From the human T2T-CHM13v2.0 reference genome, Homo sapiens, in the NCBI RefSeq assembly GCF_009914755.1, contig NC_060935.1: 64,000 bases of DNA; one strand, given 5' to 3'. Below are positions 58,406 through 64,000 of this stretch, piece after piece (position 1 is the first letter of the stretch; each line of letters starts with the position of its first letter). Made by a program: the position numbers and the translations under genes. The notes beneath the pieces were generated by a model. The model saw nothing but the letters and a program-made list of their open reading frames with translations. It was not told where the DNA came from and ran no database searches.

Positions 58406-58509
58406 TGGGATCTGGTATGTGACTCTCAATCACTGACTTCAGTGGCTAAATTTGTATTCATGGCTGGAATGATGGTGGGAGGCATCCTAGGCGGTCATTT
58501 ATCAGACAG
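58406..58509 (+). CDS. SLC22A9: OAT7 exon 2
   Basis: TCCAG|TGG; [34 protein letters not shown](R); 104 nt; AG|GTGAGT. Confidence 0.95.
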
Positions 58510-60912
58510 GTGAGTGTGTATGGAACACAGCTCTCTTTAAGGGCATTTTTTATCAACTTATGAAACATTATTTCATCTAGAATTACTTACTGCAAATTAC
58601 ATTCTCCTGAGGCTGCCCTGATCCCCAAACAGAAAAGGAAATTTTTAGTCCGTGTTTTGAGTGCTATTTTTAAAATTTGAGCTCTGTATGCAGGACACAG
58701 AAATGATATCTCCATGTGAACTGGGGGTGTTTCAAGACAGGTTTTAGAGAGAAGGTACCACAACATGTGGTTTAGAAATATGAGAAAGAGTTAACTAAGG
58801 GAATAGAAAGGAAGACGTTTCATCACATAGGATTCAGCCTTGGCCAGGAGTACCAGGTCCAGTCCTACCTGGACACTGTGAGCTGATAGCTTGTGCCCAG
58901 AGAATTGTCATTACATCATAGTTCCAAGTGTGATGAACACGCATTCCTCTAAAACCTGTAGGGTATATTTGAAGGTATCATTGGTGGTGTGTTGAAAAAT
59001 TATGTGTAGAAACTTGATTATTGTCTTTGCAAAAACAGCTTTTTAGAACCATGTGAGGTAAGTAATCCAAGGATAATACTATCTCAGTCTGTGGTGTGAG
59101 AAGTTTGGGGTATTCACCTTGCTGTATGTCTCCTGACATGGCAGGGAACAATTACCTTCACCCAACCATGTCTCCCCTGATGGCGATGAGGGACTTGAAG
59201 TGCCACTTGCCATCCACCAACATCATGTCTTCTGGTGTCTCACCTGAAAATTTGAACCTTGAATGTACGACAGGAAATGGAATGTAGAATGGGCTAAGAG
59301 TCAGAGGGTTAATTTCCAATAGTTAGTCACCCAGTCCTCTGTGATACTGTCCTGGGAAAATGCAGATAGACCAATTTTAATAGATCACAGGGTGGTAAAA
59401 GAAGGGGTAGGAGATGCCAGGCAGGAGATGACAGTGGAGAATCAGCTAAAGACGAAGGGACAAGATAACCTAAGGATTTTGGTATTTCTCACAAACCTAA
59501 GAGGAAATATTATGTGATTATATGCAGAGTAGGCTATGATCAAACTGATTGTTTTGGAATAACTCACTCAACTGTTTATGATATCTTAAAATCGGAAATC
59601 TATAATTTCATTAATAATAGGTTAATAAATAAGCAGATATTCACATAATGAATTTTTACAGCAAAGGGAATGAATAAAGTACTGTCTGCAATAAGGTGAA
59701 TTAACATCAAAACCATTTGGTTAGGTACCACAAGACCAACAAAAAGATTACATACTATAGTGTTCCACCAATGTAAAAGTCAAAAACAAGGAACTACATT
59801 ATGATGTGAGAAAAGGGAGAAATCTAATTTTCTTTAGATTTCTATTGGAATTGCATTAAATCTAAACAGCAGTTTGGGTAAGACTGACATTTTTTAAATA
59901 CTGAATTTTCTGATCTATAAATATAATATTGCTTTTAATTAAGGTAGACTTTTGTTTAATTTCCCTTTGCAATATTTTATAGTTTATGATAAAAGTCATG
60001 TACTTTTTATTAATTTATTTCTAATTCATATGTAAAGATAATTTACATGTAAATTATGTACATATATGTAAAGATAATTAACTTTTTCATAGTAAACTTA
60101 CATCCTGCCAACAGGATAAATTTATTAGTTCTAGTAGCTATTTATGGATTCCTTAAAATTTCCCAACTTGATCATATCATCTGCAAGGTGGAATAGTTCA
60201 AATCACTAATGTTCTACTTTTTCCTTTTAATCTCTTTCTAGCAGTAGCTAAAACCTTTGATACAATGCCAATGACATTGGTGAGAGCTGAAATCCTGCCT
60301 CACCACAGGCTATATTGTTCCAGTTGTCTACAGAGAGGACTCCTTTCCCAGAAAACAGTAAAACACTAAATTCCCTTTTTCTTTTTTTTCCTTTTTTTTT
60401 TTCTTTTTTTTTTTTGCCCTCCCCTGCAACACTTCAACAACTTTGATGTATTGTTCTATGGATGTTCCTTTCACATCAGTATACCCATAGCCTGCACTGT
60501 CCTAGACTTCTACATCTAGATTTAGATGTCTTATAGGCTATGCCCTGCTCAGGCTCTCTACTATGCTAAAGTACATGGGAGACACATTGTGTTATTAGTA
60601 CGCTGTGTGTTAGTACAAGGGACTTCTGATACTTTAAAATGTCCAATATTCCACCCTGTCTTATGTGGTTTCAATTGGTGTCAAAAATATACTGCTAAGA
60701 GATTGGAAAATAAGCTTTGATCTACTTGGTATTTATTTAGAAACAGGGAACATTGTGTCTGAGATCTGCCATTGATTACTGATTCTTTAAGGCTTCAAAT
60801 GCAAAGTTTCACTTGTTAAACATCTTTTAAGTTTCAAAGTGTGCCTTCTCTTTGCTAAGTTTTTCCACTTGTTGTTATTGTTCCCATTATCTAACCTGTT
60901 TCTGTTTCTCAG

Positions 60913-61067
60913 GTTTGGGAGAAGGTTCGTGCTCAGATGGTGTTACCTCCAGGTTGCCATTGTTGGCACCTGTGCAGCCTTGGCTCCCACCTTCCTCATT
61001 TACTGCTCACTACGCTTCTTGTCTGGGATTGCTGCAATGAGCCTCATAACAAATACTATTATGTTAA
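60913..61067 (+). CDS. SLC22A9: OAT7 exon 3
   Basis: CTCAG|G; FGRRFVLRWCYLQ...TNTIML; 155 nt; A|GTAAGC; completes the MFS motif SDRFGRR. Confidence 0.95.
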
Positions 61068-61162
61068 GTAAGCCAACACTTTGGATCCACATTTTCCAAA
61101 CTGTGACTTTGAAATTGAAACTCCACCTTTGAAGTCAAAGCCTTATCTGTTTTTTCTTCCAG

Positions 61163-61331
61163 TAGCCGAGTGGGCAACACACAGATTCCAGGCCATGGGA
61201 ATTACATTGGGAATGTGCCCTTCTGGTATTGCATTTATGACCCTGGCAGGCCTGGCTTTTGCCATTCGAGACTGGCATATCCTCCAGCTGGTGGTGTCTG
61301 TACCATACTTTGTGATCTTTCTGACCTCAAG
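61163..61331 (+). CDS. SLC22A9: OAT7 exon 4
   Basis: TCCAG|TA; AEWATHRFQAMG...RDWHILQLVVSVPYFVIFLTS; 169 nt; AG|GTATGA. Confidence 0.95.
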
Positions 61332-62913
61332 GTATGAGTTTGTTTCTTCTTTTGTCTTAATGAGATATTGGAATGAGAATGTATGTGGAACTAGGACACC
61401 TGAATTTCTTTTTGTTCTTTGTGTAAACCTGAGAGCACGTCCTCTCATAATCTGTGCTTGATGTGCAATACAAGAAGCAGAACACATAGAGTTTCCTGAT
61501 AAAACTGAGGGCAATCAATGAAATTTCAACATAAGGTAACCAACAAATATTTCTCTAAAATTATATCTCAAATATTGTAAGAGACATAATTTACTCAAGA
61601 TCATTTATTGTTTATATGAAATTTCATTCACCTGAGAGTTCTTTTATTTAAATGAATAAAACATAGGAAGTCCCATTAAATTCAAATTTCAGATAAGGGA
61701 TGAATAATTTTTAATATAATTATGTCCAAAATATTGCATGAGACATGCTTATACTAAAACATTTTCCTGCTTAATAGAAATTCAAATGCATCCATGCCAC
61801 TGTGTTTTCATTTGCTAAAACCAGCAACCCATGACATGGGGAATAGCAATGAATCATTGCCTGAGACTTCTTAGTGTCCTTGGATATCCTCGCCTTAACA
61901 AGTATTATGGAAACAGAATTATTACAAAAATGTTTTCCCCAATACAGGAAAACATTTGAGGAGCTATCTTCCATGGTAGTCTATGTTTTTATATATATCC
62001 TTGGAAAAAAATACATGATGGAGAAGTTTGGGATTTTTTTTCTTAATTATTATAGGTGATATTGGATGAAAAGAAGGTGTAGCAAATTTACTTTCATAAC
62101 TATCTAAAGAAAGAGCTGCATGGTTTCTTCAATTAAAATATTAAGGCAAAATGGATAATTTACCTCATTTGTCAGTATTCCATCTTCCTTCTATCAGCTT
62201 TGCAAATACTTATAGTCGGTTAACTATACTCTCCCCTTAAAAAAGCCAGTTCAGTGAAAGACATCTATTTGGACTTTACCTTAGAGAGATGATTACAGAT
62301 TTAATACAGAGAGAAGAGTTCAGACAGAAAAGTAAGCAAACTCCCTGTCAGGCTCATCCATTCATTTATCTTATCTCCATAACAGCCCTACAAGGTAATA
62401 TTCTCTCCATTACATAGATGAGAACACTGAGGAATATTTAGGTAAGTAACTTGTTAATATGTCCAGTTTATTCACAGATGATATGACCAGGAGTGATTCT
62501 AGTTGTATGAGGCCTTAAGCATGCATAAATTATTTGAGGGACTTTATTTTAGGGAAAAGAACACATTAAGAATAGACATAAGTCATGACCTCACTAGGAC
62601 CTTGGCAGGGATCTATCTGTACAAGTGACGGTCCTTCATGCTGCAGTGTCAGGAGCTCCAAGGTAAATTTGCCGAGTAAGAGAGGAGCCAGTATGATTCC
62701 AAGTCTGCATTCCCAACAGTGAATATGTACTGGATGGAGGAGTCATCTCACATTTTTCTAGTTATAGTCAAAGAGAATGTGAGTTTACATTTCCTGGTAA
62801 AACCAAACAAGTGGTGGATATTAGCTTGGAGGGAGAAGACATCTTAAGAAAAAACTAATGTAAGAAATGAGGAAGTGAAAGTCGACTGCCCCTCTGTTCT
62901 CTTCCTTGGTCAG

Positions 62914-63037
62914 TTGGCTGCTAGAGTCTGCTCGGTGGCTCATTATCAACAATAAACCAGAGGAAGGCTTAAAGGAACTTAGAAAAGCTGCACACAGGAG
63001 TGGAATGAAGAATGCCAGAGACACCCTAACCCTGGAG
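62914..63037 (+). CDS. SLC22A9: OAT7 exon 5 (gene continues beyond the window)
   Basis: TCAG|T; [41 protein letters not shown]; 124 nt; GAG|GTGAGC; exons 1-5 total 954 nt in one frame. Confidence 0.95.
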
Positions 63038-64000
63038 GTGAGCTGGATGGGAGCTAGATATGGGATGTAGGGAAGACATAACTTGTCATCAATACTTAGC
63101 AGTAGCAGTGTCCATAAGGTAAAAAAAGGAAAGAAACACAGGTATGGTTATGGGCTGTATCACCTCACTATCATTTTTAATGGGCTTCAATATTGTTTGG
63201 GTTAACATTGAAGGGGAATATGCTGTTGCCAAAAGGATGAGACACAGATATTTTACTCAATGGAGGCAGAGGCACAAAGTATTAACTATTGTAAAGATTT
63301 TGCATTGAACTCATTCTAACTGTGTAATAGGAGTAACCAAAACTAGTTCATTCCTTCCCATTTATTATTCTGTGGGTCTCTTTCAGGGTAGTAAAGCCAG
63401 AGGAAGGGTTAGTGAGCAAATAGAATACAACATAAAGAGTTCACTTATTTGTTCATTCAATCATACATTCTTCCATTCATGATACATTTAGTGAGGCACT
63501 ACCTATGCCAGATTCCATTCTTCCCTGGAAATACTGCAGTGCCCATATCAATCCAAATCCCTATTTGTCTGGAGTTTCATTATACTTACTTACTATAAGT
63601 TCCTAAAGCATGACTAAGTGGAAATGCCTGTGAGAAGTCTTTCTCATTTTAATCCACCCCAGATCTTAAAGATAAATGTTGTCATGGATCTTTAAGTTAA
63701 ATATTATCCATGTTATACACATATATAAAGTATTAATCTTAAAATGTGGTATGCACAAATGATACTAGATCATGAATAACAGAATAAGTCAAGGTAACTA
63801 CCTGAATGAAGCTTTTGCTATGACAGAGAATATCAATGGACAGATTTAAATCCAAATATTGGAAATGATATGGGAAAGGAAAGAATGCTACTTGGAACAA
63901 TAAAAATACATTTTCTCCCATTTTATTGAAAAAGGAGAGGATTAAGAGCAAGCCTCTTAATATCCTTACATATTAATATTAACCTTAAATGTAAAACATC

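Noticed and set aside
60839-61461. ORFs 60839..61132 and 61081..61461 as standalone genes
   Set aside because: Exons 3 and 4 of SLC22A9 read through into flanking intron

Overview
Primate, very probably human, genomic DNA from the SLC22 organic anion transporter cluster. The last ~7 kb hold the promoter region and coding exons 1-5 of SLC22A9 (OAT7) on the + strand. The first ~56 kb are mostly LINE-1: five full- or near-full-length copies, three 5'-inverted copies, and several truncated or nested copies. Alu, MER11, MaLR LTRs and Tigger3 are also present. Scattered through the L1 field are exons 1-5 of a dead, unprocessed SLC22A9/SLC22A25-like paralog (23.8-49.8 kb, + strand) that the ORF track does not show. 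The most unusual signal is a patchwork of non-consensus variants, including a nonsense codon, shared in mutually incompatible combinations between neighbouring, independently inserted L1s, suggesting local L1-to-L1 gene conversion. Other points: a self-copied inverted repeat inside one L1, two L1s stacked at one target site, two short candidate 3' transductions, and an intact ORF0 with splice donors aimed at SLC22A9. I see no new protein-coding system. Repeat subfamily names and L1 consensus comparisons are from memory and need RepeatMasker/Dfam confirmation.
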